From NCBI GenBank assembly GCA_964016885.1, contig OZ024748.1:30876001-30940000 (forward strand): a stretch of 64,000 nt of DNA. Direction: 5' to 3'. This document shows positions 49,101 to 62,400 of this stretch, in pieces. The notes beneath the pieces are model-generated. The model searched no databases. It worked only from the letters and a program-made list of their open reading frames with translations, and was not told the origin of the DNA. Every line of letters starts with the position of its first letter. Position 1 is the stretch's first letter. Source of the stretch: Eledone cirrhosa (taxonomy: Eukaryota). A program made the position numbers and the translations under genes.

Positions 49101-52100
49101 TTAGACGTAAACTTAAACCCCAACCCCTAAACTTAGACTTAGAATTAAACCATAACCCCAAGCCTAATACTTAAACCCTAACCCCAAGCCTTAGACTTAA
49201 AGCCTAACCGCAACCCCAATCTTTAGACATAGACTTAAACCTTAACCTCAAGCCTTAGACTTAGACTTAAAACCCAACCCCAAGCCTCAGACTTAGACTT
49301 AAACCCCAACCCTTAGACTAAGACTAAACCCCAACCCCTAGCCTTAGACGTAAACTTAAAATTAGACTTAGACTTAAATCCCAAACTCAAGCCTTAGATT
49401 AGACTTGAACCCCAACTACAAGCTTTAGACTTAGACCTAAACCCCAACCCCAAATGTTAGCTTTATTTTTGAACACCAACTCCTAGCCTTAGACTTAGAC
49501 TTAAACCCCAACCCCAAGCCTCAGACTTAGACTTAAACCCCAACCCTTAGACTTAGACTTAAACCCCAACCACAAACCTTAGACTTAGAATTTAAACCCC
49601 AATCCCAATCCTGAGACTTAGACTTAAACCCTCACCCACAGCCTTAGACTTAAAGCCTAACCGCAACCCTAATCTTTAGACTTAGAATTAAACTCCAACC
49701 CAAAGACTTAGACCCTAACCCCAAGCCCAAGCATTAGACAAAGACATAAACCTTAACCCCAAGCCTTAGACTTAAACGTAAACACAAACCACAGGCCTTA
49801 GACATAGACTTAAACCCCAACTCCAAGCCTTAGACTTAAACCCGAAACCCAAGCCTAAGACTTAGACTTAAACCCCAACCCAAAGTCTTAGATTTAGACT
49901 TAACCCCATACCCAAAGCCTTAGACATAGACATAAACCCCAAGCCCTAGACATAGATTTAAACCCCAACCCCAAGCCTTAGACTTAGACGTGAACCCCAT
50001 CCCCAAGTTTTAGACTTAGACTTAAACCCCAGCCACTAGCATTAGACTTAGACTTAAACCCCAACTCCAAGTCTTAGAATTAAACCATAACCACAAGCCT
50101 TAGACATAAACGCAAACCCCAAGTCTTAGACTTAGAATTAAACCCCAAACCCAAGCCTTAGAATTTGACTTAAACCCGTTCCCTAAACCCCAAACCCAAG
50201 ACTTAGATTTAGACTTAAACTCAAAACTTAAGCCTCAGACTTAGACTTAAACCCTAAGACATAGGCATAGATTTAAACCCCAACCTCAAGCCTTAGACTA
50301 AGACTTAAATCCCAACCCCAAGCTTTAGACTTAGACGTAATCCCCAACTACAAGCCTTAGAATTAAATCATAAACACAAGCCTTAGACTTAAACCCCAAC
50401 CCAAAGCCTTAGACTTAGACTTAAACCCCAACCCCAAGCCTCAGACTTAGACTTAAAGCCCAAACCTTAGACTCAGACTAAACCTCAACCCCTAGCCTTA
50501 GACGTAAACTTAAACCCCAACTCCTACACTTAGACTTAAACCCTAACCACAAGCCTTAGACTTAGACTTTAACCCCAACCCAAACCCTTAGACTTAGACT
50601 TAAACCCCAACCCCAAGCCTCAGACTTAGACTTAAACCCCAACCCTTAGACTTAGAGTAAACCCCAACCCCTAGCCTTAGAAGTAAACTTAAAATTAGAC
50701 TTAGACTTAAACCCCAAATCCTAGCCTTAGACTTAGACTTAAACCCCAACCCCAAGCCTCAGACTTAGACTTAAACCCCAACCTTTAGACTTAGACTTAA
50801 ACCCCAACCACAAGCCTTAGACTTAGAATTTAAACCCCAATCCCAATCCTGAGACTTAGACTTAAACCCTAACCCCAAACCTTAGACTTAGACTTAAAAC
50901 CCAACCCCAAGCCTCAGACTTAGACTTAAACCCCAACCCTTAGACTTGGACTAAACCCCAACCCCTAGCCTTAGACGTAAACTTAAAATTAGACTTAGAC
51001 TTAAATCCCAAACTCAAGCCTTAGAGTTAGACTTGAACCCCAACTACAAGCTTTAGACTTAGACCTAAACCCCAACCCCAAATGTCAGACTTAGATTTGA
51101 ACACCAACTCCTAGCCTTAGACTTAGACTTAAACCCCAACCCCAAGCCTCAGACTTGGACTTAAACCCCAAACTTTAGACTTAGAATTAAACCCCAACCA
51201 CAAGCCTTAGACTTAGAATTTAAACCCCAATCCCAATCCTGAGACTTAGACTTAAACCCTAACCCCAAGCCTTAGACTTAAAGCCTAACCGCAACCCCAA
51301 TCTTTAGACATAGACTTAAACCTTAACCCCAAGCCTTAGACTTAGACTTAAAGCCCAACCCCAAGCCTCAGACTTAGACTGAAACCCCAACCCTGAGACT
51401 TAGACTAAACCCCAACCCCTAGCCTTAGACGTAAACTTAAAATTAGACTTAGACTTAAATCCCAAACTCAAGCCTTAGACTTAAAACCGAACCCCAAGTC
51501 TAAGACTTAGACTTAAACCCCAACCCAAAGTCTTAGATTTAGACTTAACCCCAAACCCAAAGCATTAGACTTAGACATAAACCCCAAGCCCTAGACAGAT
51601 TTAAACCCCAACCCCAAGCCTTAGACTTAGACTTGAACCCCATCCCCAAGTTTTAGACTTAGACTTAAACCCCAACCACTAGCATTAGACTTAGACTTAA
51701 ACCCCAAATCCAGGCCTTAGAATTAAACCATAACCACAAGCCTTAGACATAAACGCCAACCCCAAGTCTTAGACTTAGAATTAAACCCCAAACCCAAGCC
51801 TTATAATTAGACTTAAACCCGTTCCCTAAACCCCAAACCCAAGACTTAGATTTAGACTTAAACTCAAAACTTAAGCCTCAGACTTAGACTTAAACCCTAA
51901 GACATAGGCATAGATTTAAACCCCAACCTCAAGCCTTAGACTAAGACTTAAATCCCAACCCCAAGCTTTAGACTTAGACGTAATCCCCAACTACAAGCCT
52001 TAGAATTAAATCATAAACACAAGCCTTAGACTTAAACCCCAACCCAAAGCCTTAGACTTAGACTTAAACCATAATCCCAAGCGTTAGACTTAGTCTTAAA

Positions 52101-55100
52101 CCCCAACCACAAGACTTAGACCTAGACATAAACGCCAACCCAAAGGTTTAGACTTAGAGTTAATCACCAACCCCCAGCCTTGGAATTAGACATAAAACCG
52201 TACCCCAAATCGCAAACCCAAGCCTTAGACTTAGATTTAGACCCAAATCTGAAGCCTCAGACTTAGACTTATACCCCAAGACATAGACATAGATTTAAAC
52301 CCCAACCTCAAGCCTTAGACTAAGACTTAAACCCCAACCCCAAGCATTAGAAGTAGACAATAAACACAAGCCTTAGACTTAGACTTAAAACCACAACCCC
52401 TATCCTTAGACGTAAACTTAAACCCCAACCCCTAAACTTAGACTTAGAATTAAACCATAACCCCAAGCCTAATACTTAAACCCTAACCCCAAGCCTTAGA
52501 CTTAAAGCCTAACCGCAACCCCAATCTTTAGACATAGACTTAAACCTTAACCTCAAGCCTTAGACTTAGACTTAAAACCCAACCCCAAGCCTCAGACTTA
52601 GACTTAAACCCCAACCCTTAGACTAAGACTAAACCCCAACCCCTAGCCTTAGACGTAAACTTAAAATTAGACTTAGACTTAAATCCCAAACTCAAGCCTT
52701 AGATTAGACTTGAACCCCAACTACAAGCTTTAGACTTAGACCTAAACCCCAACCCCAAATGTTAGCTTTATTTTTGAACACCAACTCCTAGCCTTAGACT
52801 TAGACTTAAACCCCAACCCCAAGCCTCAGACTTAGACTTAAACCCCAACCCTTAGACTTAGACTTAAACCCCAACCACAAACCTTAGACTTAGAATTTAA
52901 ACCCCAATCCCAATCCTGAGACTTAGACTTAAACCCTCACCCACAGCCTTAGACTTAAAGCCTAACCGCAACCCTAATCTTTAGACTTAGAATTAAACTC
53001 CAACCCAAAGACTTAGACCCTAACCCCAAGCCCAAGCATTAGACAAAGACATAAACCTTAACCCCAAGCCTTAGACTTAAACGTAAACACAAACCACAGG
53101 CCTTAGACATAGACTTAAACCCCAACTCCAAGCCTTAGACTTAAACCCGAAACCCAAGCCTAAGACTTAGACTTAAACCCCAACCCAAAGTCTTAGATTT
53201 AGACTTAACCCCATACCCAAAGCCTTAGACATAGACATAAACCCCAAGCCCTAGACATAGATTTAAACCCCAACCCCAAGCCTTAGACTTAGACGTGAAC
53301 CCCATCCCCAAGTTTTAGACTTAGACTTAAACCCCAGCCACTAGCATTAGACTTAGACTTAAACCCCAACTCCAAGTCTTAGAATTAAACCATAACCACA
53401 AGCCTTAGACATAAACGCAAACCCCAAGTCTTAGACTTAGAATTAAACCCCAAACCCAAGCCTTAGAATTTGACTTAAACCCGTTCCCTAAACCCCAAAC
53501 CCAAGACTTAGATTTAGACTTAAACTCAAAACTTAAGCCTCAGACTTAGACTTAAACCCTAAGACATAGGCATAGATTTAAACCCCAACCTCAAGCCTTA
53601 GACTAAGACTTAAATCCCAACCCCAAGCTTTAGACTTAGACGTAATCCCCAACTACAAGCCTTAGAATTAAATCATAAACACAAGCCTTAGACTTAAACC
53701 CCAACCCAAAGCCTTAGACTTAGACTTAAACCCCAACCCCAAGCCTCAGACTTAGACTTAAAGCCCAAACCTTAGACTCAGACTAAACCTCAACCCCTAG
53801 CCTTAGACGTAAACTTAAACCCCAACTCCTACACTTAGACTTAAACCCTAACCACAAGCCTTAGACTTAGACTTTAACCCCAACCCAAACCCTTAGACTT
53901 AGACTTAAACCCCAACCCCAAGCCTCAGACTTAGACTTAAACCCCAACCCTTAGACTTAGAGTAAACCCCAACCCCTAGCCTTAGAAGTAAACTTAAAAT
54001 TAGACTTAGACTTAAACCCCAAATCCTAGCCTTAGACTTAGACTTAAACCCCAACCCCAAGCCTCAGACTTAGACTTAAACCCCAACCTTTAGACTTAGA
54101 CTTAAACCCCAACCACAAGCCTTAGACTTAGAATTTAAACCCCAATCCCAATCCTGAGACTTAGACTTAAACCCTAACCCCAAACCTTAGACTTAGACTT
54201 AAAACCCAACCCCAAGCCTCAGACTTAGACTTAAACCCCAACCCTTAGACTTGGACTAAACCCCAACCCCTAGCCTTAGACGTAAACTTAAAATTAGACT
54301 TAGACTTAAATCCCAAACTCAAGCCTTAGAGTTAGACTTGAACCCCAACTACAAGCTTTAGACTTAGACCTAAACCCCAACCCCAAATGTCAGACTTAGA
54401 TTTGAACACCAACTCCTAGCCTTAGACTTAGACTTAAACCCCAACCCCAAGCCTCAGACTTGGACTTAAACCCCAAACTTTAGACTTAGAATTAAACCCC
54501 AACCACAAGCCTTAGATTTAGAATTTAAACCCCAATCCCAATCCTGAGACTTAGACTTAAACCCTAACCCCAAGCCTTAGACTTAAAGCCTAACCGCAAC
54601 CCCAATCTTTAGACATAGACTTAAACCTTAACCCCAAGCCTTAGACTTAGACTTAAAGCCCAACCCCAAGCCTCAGACTTAGACTGAAACCCCAACCCTG
54701 AGACTTAGACTAAACCCCAACCCCTAGCCTTAGACGTAAACTTAAAATTAGACTTAGACTTAAATCCCAAACTCAAGCCTTAGACTTAAAACCGAACCCC
54801 AAGTCTAAGACTTAGACTTAAACCCCAACCCAAAGTCTTAGATTTAGACTTAACCCCAAACCCAAAGCATTAGACTTAGACATAAACCCCAAGCCCTAGA
54901 CAGATTTAAACCCCAACCCCAAGCCTTAGACTTAGACTTGAACCCCATCCCCAAGTTTTAGACTTAGACTTAAACCCCAACCACTAGCATTAGACTTAGA
55001 CTTAAACCCCAAATCCAGGCCTTAGAATTAAACCATAACCACAAGCCTTAGACATAAACGCCAACCCCAAGTCTTAGACTTAGAATTAAACCCCAAACCC

Positions 55101-56431
55101 AAGCCTTATAATTAGACTTAAACCCGTTCCCTAAACCCCAAACCCAAGACTTAGATTTAGACTTAAACTCAAAACTTAAGCCTCAGACTTAGACTTAAAC
55201 CCTAAGACATAGGCATAGATTTAAACCCCAACCTCAAGCCTTAGACTAAGACTTAAATCCCAACCCCAAGCTTTAGACTTAGACGTAATCCCCAACTACA
55301 AGCCTTAGAATTAAATCATAAACACAAGCCTTAGACTTAAACCCCAACCCAAAGCCTTAGACTTAGACTTAAACCATAATCCCAAGCGTTAGACTTAGTC
55401 TTAAACCCCAACCACAAGACTTAGACCTAGACATAAACGCCAACCCAAAGGTTTAGACTTAGAGTTAATCACCAACCCCCAGCCTTGGAATTAGACATAA
55501 AACCGTACCCCAAATCGCAAACCCAAGCCTTAGACTTAGATTTAGACCCAAATCTGAAGCCTCAGACTTAGACTTATACCCCAAGACATAGACATAGATT
55601 TAAACCCCAACCTCAAGCCTTAGACTAAGACTTAAACCCCAACCCCAAGCATTAGAAGTAGACAATAAACACAAGCCTTAGACTTAGACTTAAAACCACA
55701 ACCCCTATCCTTAGACGTAAACTTAAACCCCAACCCCTAAACTTAGACTTAGAATTAAACCATAACCCCAAGCCTAATACTTAAACCCTAACCCCAAGCC
55801 TTAGACTTAAAGCCTAACCGCAACCCCAATCTTTAGACATAGACTTAAACCTTAACCTCAAGCCTTAGACTTAGACTTAAAACCCAACCCCAAGCCTCAG
55901 ACTTAGACTTAAACCCCAACCCTTAGACTAAGACTAAACCCCAACCCCTAGCCTTAGACGTAAACTTAAAATTAGACTTAGACTTAAATCCCAAACTCAA
56001 GCCTTAGATTAGACTTGAACCCCAACTACAAGCTTTAGACTTAGACCTAAACCCCAACCCCAAATGTTAGCTTTATTTTTGAACACCAACTCCTAGCCTT
56101 AGACTTAGACTTAAACCCCAACCCCAAGCCTCAGACTTAGACTTAAACCCCAACCCTTAGACTTAGACTTAAACCCCAACCACAAACCTTAGACTTAGAA
56201 TTTAAACCCCAATCCCAATCCTGAGACTTAGACTTAAACCCTCACCCACAGCCTTAGACTTAAAGCCTAACCGCAACCCTAATCTTTAGACTTAGAATTA
56301 AACTCCAACCCAAAGACTTAGACCCTAACCCCAAGCCCAAGCATTAGACAAAGACATAAACCTTAACCCCAAGCCTTAGACTTAAACGTAAACACAAACC
56401 ACAGGCCTTAGACATAGACTTAAACCCCAAC
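43195..56431. repeat. 3305-bp higher-order repeat, 4 near-identical copies
   Basis: gttagctttatttttgaac at 46151, 49456, 52761, 56066; cccgaaacccaagcctaag at 43231, 46536, 49841, 53146. Confidence 0.93.
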
Positions 56432-59400
56432 CCCAAGCCTTAGTCTTAGACTTAAAATCCAACCACTAGCATTACACTTAGATTTAAACCCCAACCTTAG
56501 ACATACACTTAAATCCCAACCCCAACCTTAGACATACACTTAAATCCCAACCCCAACACTTGGACTTAAACCCCAACCCCAAGCCTTAGACGTAGACTTA
56601 AACCTCAACCCAAAGCCTTAGACTTAGACTTAAACCACAACCCCATGCTTTAGATTTAGACTTACACCCCAACCACTTACCTTAGACGTAAACTTAAACC
56701 CCAACTCCAAGAATTATACTTAGATTTAAACCCCAACCTCAAGCCTTAGACGTAGACACTAACCCCAAACCAAAGCCTTAGACTTAGAATTAAACCCCAA
56801 CCCCAAGCCTTATACATAGACTTAAACCACAACCCCAAGCCTTAGAATTAAACCCTAATAACAAGCTTTAGACTTACAACATAACCCCAAACCCATGTCT
56901 TAGCCCAACACGTAAACTTAAACACCAACACAAAGCCTTAGACTTAGACTTAAACCCCAATCACAAGCCTTAGACTTACACTTAAACCCCAATCCCAAGC
57001 CTTAGACATAGACTTAAACCTCAACCCCATGTTTAGACTTTGACATAAAACCCAACCACAAGCCCTAGACGTAGACTTAAACCCCAACCTTAAGCGTTAG
57101 ACTTAGATTTAAACTCTAAGCCATAGACATAGATTTAAACCCCAAACTCAAGCCTTAGACGTAGACTTAAACCCCAACCCCAAGCCTTAGACTTAGACTT
57201 AATCCCCAACATTAAGCTTTAGACTTAGACTTAAACCCCAAGCCTTAGAAATAGATTAAAACCCCAACCACAAGCCTTAGACTTAGACTTACAGCCCAAG
57301 CCCAAGCCTTAGAGTTAGACTTGAAGGCCAAGCGCAAGCGTTAGACTTAGACTTGAACCCCAACCCCAAGTCTTAGACTTAGACTTAAACACCAACCACT
57401 AGCATTAGACTTTGACTTAAACCCCAACCCCAACCCTTAGAGATAGATTTAAACACCAACCCTAAGCCTTAGACTTAGACTTAAACCACAACCTCAAGCC
57501 TTAGACATACACTGAAATCCCAACCCCAAAACATAGACATAAATTTAAACCTCAACCACTAGCATTAGATTTAGACTTAAAGCCATCACCAAGGCTTAGA
57601 CTTAAACCGTAACCCCAAGCCTTAGACTTAAACACCAACCCCACGCCTTAGACTTAGACTTACACCCAAAACCAAATCCTTAGACATAGACTTAAGTCCC
57701 AACACCAAGCCTTAGACATAGACTTAAACCCCAACCACAAGCCTTACACTTAGACTTAAACCCCAACACCAAGCCTTAGACTTAGATTTAAACACCAACT
57801 GCAAGTCTCAGACTTAGACCTAAAGCCGAAACCTTAAATTAGACTAAAACCCGAAATCCAAGCCTGAGACTTAAACGCCAACCCAAAGCCTTAAACTTAG
57901 ACATAAACGCTCCCCCCCCAAAGCCTTAGACCTAGACTTAAACCCCAAATTCAAGCCATAGACTTAAACCCTAACACCAACCTTTAGACTTAGATTTAAA
58001 CCACAACCCAAGCCTTAGACGTAAAATTAAACCCCAACTCCAAGACTTAGACTTAAACCCCAACCTCAAGCCTTAGACGTAGTCTTAAAGCCCAACCCAA
58101 AGCCTTAAATTTAGACTTAAACTCAAACCCCAAGCCTTAGACATAGACATAAACCCCAACCCCAAGCTTTAGACTTAGACGTAAACCCCAACTTCAAGCC
58201 TTAGAATTAAATCCTAACCACAAAACTTAGACTTATACCCCAAGCCCAAGCCTTAGACTTAGACTTAAACCCTAATCCCTTGCCTTAGACGCAGGCATAA
58301 ACCCCAACCACAAGCATTAGACATAACCTTAAACCCCAACACTCATCCTTAGATTTAAATACTAACCCTTAGATTTAAACCCCAACCACAAGACTTAGAC
58401 TTAGAATTAAACCCGAACCCCAAGCCTCAGACTTAGACTTAAACCCCAACCCCAAGCCTTAGAATTAGACTTAAACCCCAACCCCAAGCCTTAGAATTAG
58501 ACTTAAACGCCAAACCAAAGACGTAGATTTAGACTTAAAACCCAACCACAATCCTTAGATTTAGACTTAAACCCGAACCAAAGCCTTAGACTTAGACTTA
58601 ATCTCCAACCTTAGACATAGACTTAATCCCCAACATTAAGCTTTAGACTTAGACTTAAACCCCAAGCATTAGACATAGATTTAAACCCCAACCACAAGCC
58701 TTAGACTTAGTCTTAAACCCCAAGCCCAAACTTAGAGTTGGACTTGAAGCCAAAGCGCAAGCGTTAGACTTAGACCTGAACCCCAACCTCAAGCATAAGA
58801 CTTAGACTTAAACCCCAACCCCAAGACTTAGACTTAGACTTAAACCCCAACATTAAGATTTAGACTTAGACTTAAACCCCAAGCCTTAGACATAGATTTA
58901 AACCCCAAATACAAGCCTTAGACTTAGACTTAAACCCCAACCCCAATTCTTTGTCTTAGACTTAAATCCCACCAACTAGCATTACACTTAGACATAAGCC
59001 CCAACTCCAAGCGTTAGAATTAAACCATAACCACAAACCGTATACTTAAACCCAACACCAAGCCTTAGACATAGATTTAAACCCCAACCCTAAGCCTTAG
59101 ATTTAGACTTAAATCCCAACCCCAAAACATAGACTTAGACTTAAAACTCAACCACTAGCATTAGACTTAGAGTTACAGCCAACATAAAGCCTTAGACTTA
59201 AACCGTAACCCCAAGCCTTAGACTTAAACCCCAACACCAAACCTTAGATTTAGACTTAAACGCCAAACCAAAGACGTAGATTTTGACTTAAACCCTAACC
59301 ACAAGACTTAGACTTAAATCCTAACACCAACCCTTAGACTTAGACGTAGAATTAAACCCCAACCTCAAGCCTTAGACGTAAACTTAAACCGGAACCCAAA

Positions 59401-62400
59401 CCTTAGACTTAGACTTAAACTCCAACCCCAAATCTTAGACATAGACGTAAACCCCAACTCCAAGCCTTAGAATTAAACCCTGACAACAACCCTTAGACTT
59501 AAACCCGAACCCCAACCTTAGCCTTAGACTTAGACTTATACCCCAAGCCCAAGCCTTAGATTTAGACATAAACCCCTACCACAAGCATTAGACTTAGCCT
59601 TAAACCCCAACACCCATCCTTAGATTTAAATCCGAACCCTTAGATTTAAACCCCAACCACAAGACTTAGACTTAGATTTAAACCCGAAACCCAAGCCTTA
59701 GAATTAGACTTAAACCATAATCCCAAGCGTTAGACTTAGTCTTAAACCCCAACCACAAGACTTAGACCTAGACATAAACGCCAACCCAAAGGTTTAGACT
59801 TAGAGTTAATCACCAACCCCCAGCCTTGGAATTAGACATAAAACCGTACCCCAAATCGCAAACCCAAGCCTTAGACTTAGATTTAGACCCAAATCTGAAG
59901 CCTCAGACTTAGACTTATACCCCAAGACATAGACATAGATTTAAACCCCAACCTCAAGCCTTAGACTAAGACTTAAACCCCAACCCCAAGCATTAGAAGT
60001 AGACAATAAACACAAGCCTTAGACTTAGACTTAAAACCACAACCCCTATCCTTAGACGTAAACTTAAACCCCAACCCCTAAACTTAGACTTAGAATTAAA
60101 CCATAACCCCAAGCCTAATACTTAAACCCTAACCCCAAGCCTTAGACTTAAAGCCTAACCGCAACCCCAATCTTTAGACATAGACTTAAACCTTAACCTC
60201 AAGCCTTAGACTTAGACTTAAAACCCAACCCCAATCCTCAGACTTAGACTTAAACCCCAACCCTTAGACTAAGACTAAACCCCAACCCCTAGCCTTAGAC
60301 GTAAACTTAAAATTAGACTTAGACTTAAATCCCAAACTCAAGCCTTAGATTAGACTTGAACCCCAACTACAAGCTTTAGACTTAGACCTAAACCCCAACC
60401 CCAAATGTTAGCTTTATTTTTGAACACCAACTCCTAGCCTTAGACTTAGACTTAAACCCCAACCCCAAGCCTCAGACTTAGACTTAAACCCCAACCCTTA
60501 GACTTAGACTTAAACCCCAACCACAAACCTTAGACTTAGAATTTAAACCCCAATCCCAATCCTGAGACTTAGACTTAAACCCTCACCCACAGCCTTAGAC
60601 TTAAAGCCTAACCGCAACCCTAATCTTTAGACTTAGAATTAAACTCCAACCCAAAGACTTAGACCCTAACCCCAAGCCCAAGCATTAGACAAAGACATAA
60701 ACCTTAACCCCAAGCCTTAGACTTAAACGTAAACACAAACCACAGGCCTTAGACATAGACTTAAACCCCAACCCCAAGCCTTAGTCTTAGACTTAAAATC
60801 CAACCACTAGCATTACACTTAGATTTAAACCCCAACCTTAGACATACACTTAAATCCCAACCCCAACCTTAGACATACACTTAAATCCCAACCCCAACAC
60901 TTGGACTTAAACCCCAACCCCAAGCCTTAGACGTAGACTTAAACCTCAACCCAAAGCCTTAGACTTAGACTTAAACCACAACCCCATGCTTTAGATTTAG
61001 ACTTACACCCCAACCACTTACCTTAGACGTAAACTTAAACCCCAACTCCAAGAATTATACTTAGATTTAAACCCCAACCTCAAGCCTTAGACGTAGACAC
61101 TAACCCCAAACCAAAGCCTTAGACTTAGAATTAAACCCCAACCCCAAGCCTTATACATAGACTTAAACCACAACCCCAAGCCTTAGAATTAAACCCTAAT
61201 AACAAGCTTTAGACTTACAACATAACCCCAAACCCATGTCTTAGCCCAACACGTAAACTTAAACACCAACACAAAGCCTTAGACTTAGACTTAAACCCCA
61301 ATCACAAGCCTTAGACTTACACTTAAACCCCAATCCCAAGCCTTAGACATAGACTTAAACCTCAACCCCATGTTTAGACTTTGACATAAAACCCAACCAC
61401 AAGCCCTAGACGTAGACTTAAACCCCAACCTTAAGCGTTAGACTTAGATTTAAACTCTAAGCCATAGACATAGATTTAAACCCCAAACTCAAGCCTTAGA
61501 CGTAGACTTAAACCCCAACCCCAAGCCTTAGACTTAGACTTAATCCCCAACATTAAGCTTTAGACTTAGACTTAAACCCCAAGCCTTAGAAATAGATTAA
61601 AACCCCAACCACAAGCCTTAGACTTAGACTTACAGCCCAAGCCCAAGCCTTAGAGTTAGACTTGAAGGCCAAGCGCAAGCGTTAGACTTAGACTTGAACC
61701 CCAACCCCAAGTCTTAGACTTAGACTTAAACACCAACCACTAGCATTAGACTTTGACTTAAACCCCAACCCCAACCCTTAGAGATAGATTTAAACACCAA
61801 CCCTAAGCCTTAGACTTAGACTTAAACCACAACCTCAAGCCTTAGACATACACTGAAATCCCAACCCCAAAACATAGACATAGATTTAAACCTCAACCAC
61901 TAGCATTAGATTTAGACTTAAAGCCATCACCAAGGCTTAGACTTAAACCGTAACCCCAAGCCTTAGACTTAAACACCAACCCCACGCCTTAGACTTAGAC
62001 TTACACCCAAAACCAAATCCTTAGACATAGACTTAAGTCCCAACACCAAGCCTTAGACATAGACTTAAACCCCAACCACAAGCCTTACACTTAGACTTAA
62101 ACCCCAACACCAAGCCTTAGACTTAGATTTAAACACCAACTGCAAGTCTCAGACTTAGACCTAAAGCCGAAACCTTAAATTAGACTAAAACCCGAAATCC
62201 AAGCCTGAGACTTAAACGCCAACCCAAAGCCTTAAACTTAGACATAAACGCTCCCCCCCCAAAGCCTTAGACCTAGACTTAAACCCCAAATTCAAGCCAT
62301 AGACTTAAACCCTAACACCAACCTTTAGACTTAGATTTAAACCACAACCCAAGCCTTAGACGTAAAATTAAACCCCAACTCCAAGACTTAGACTTAAACC

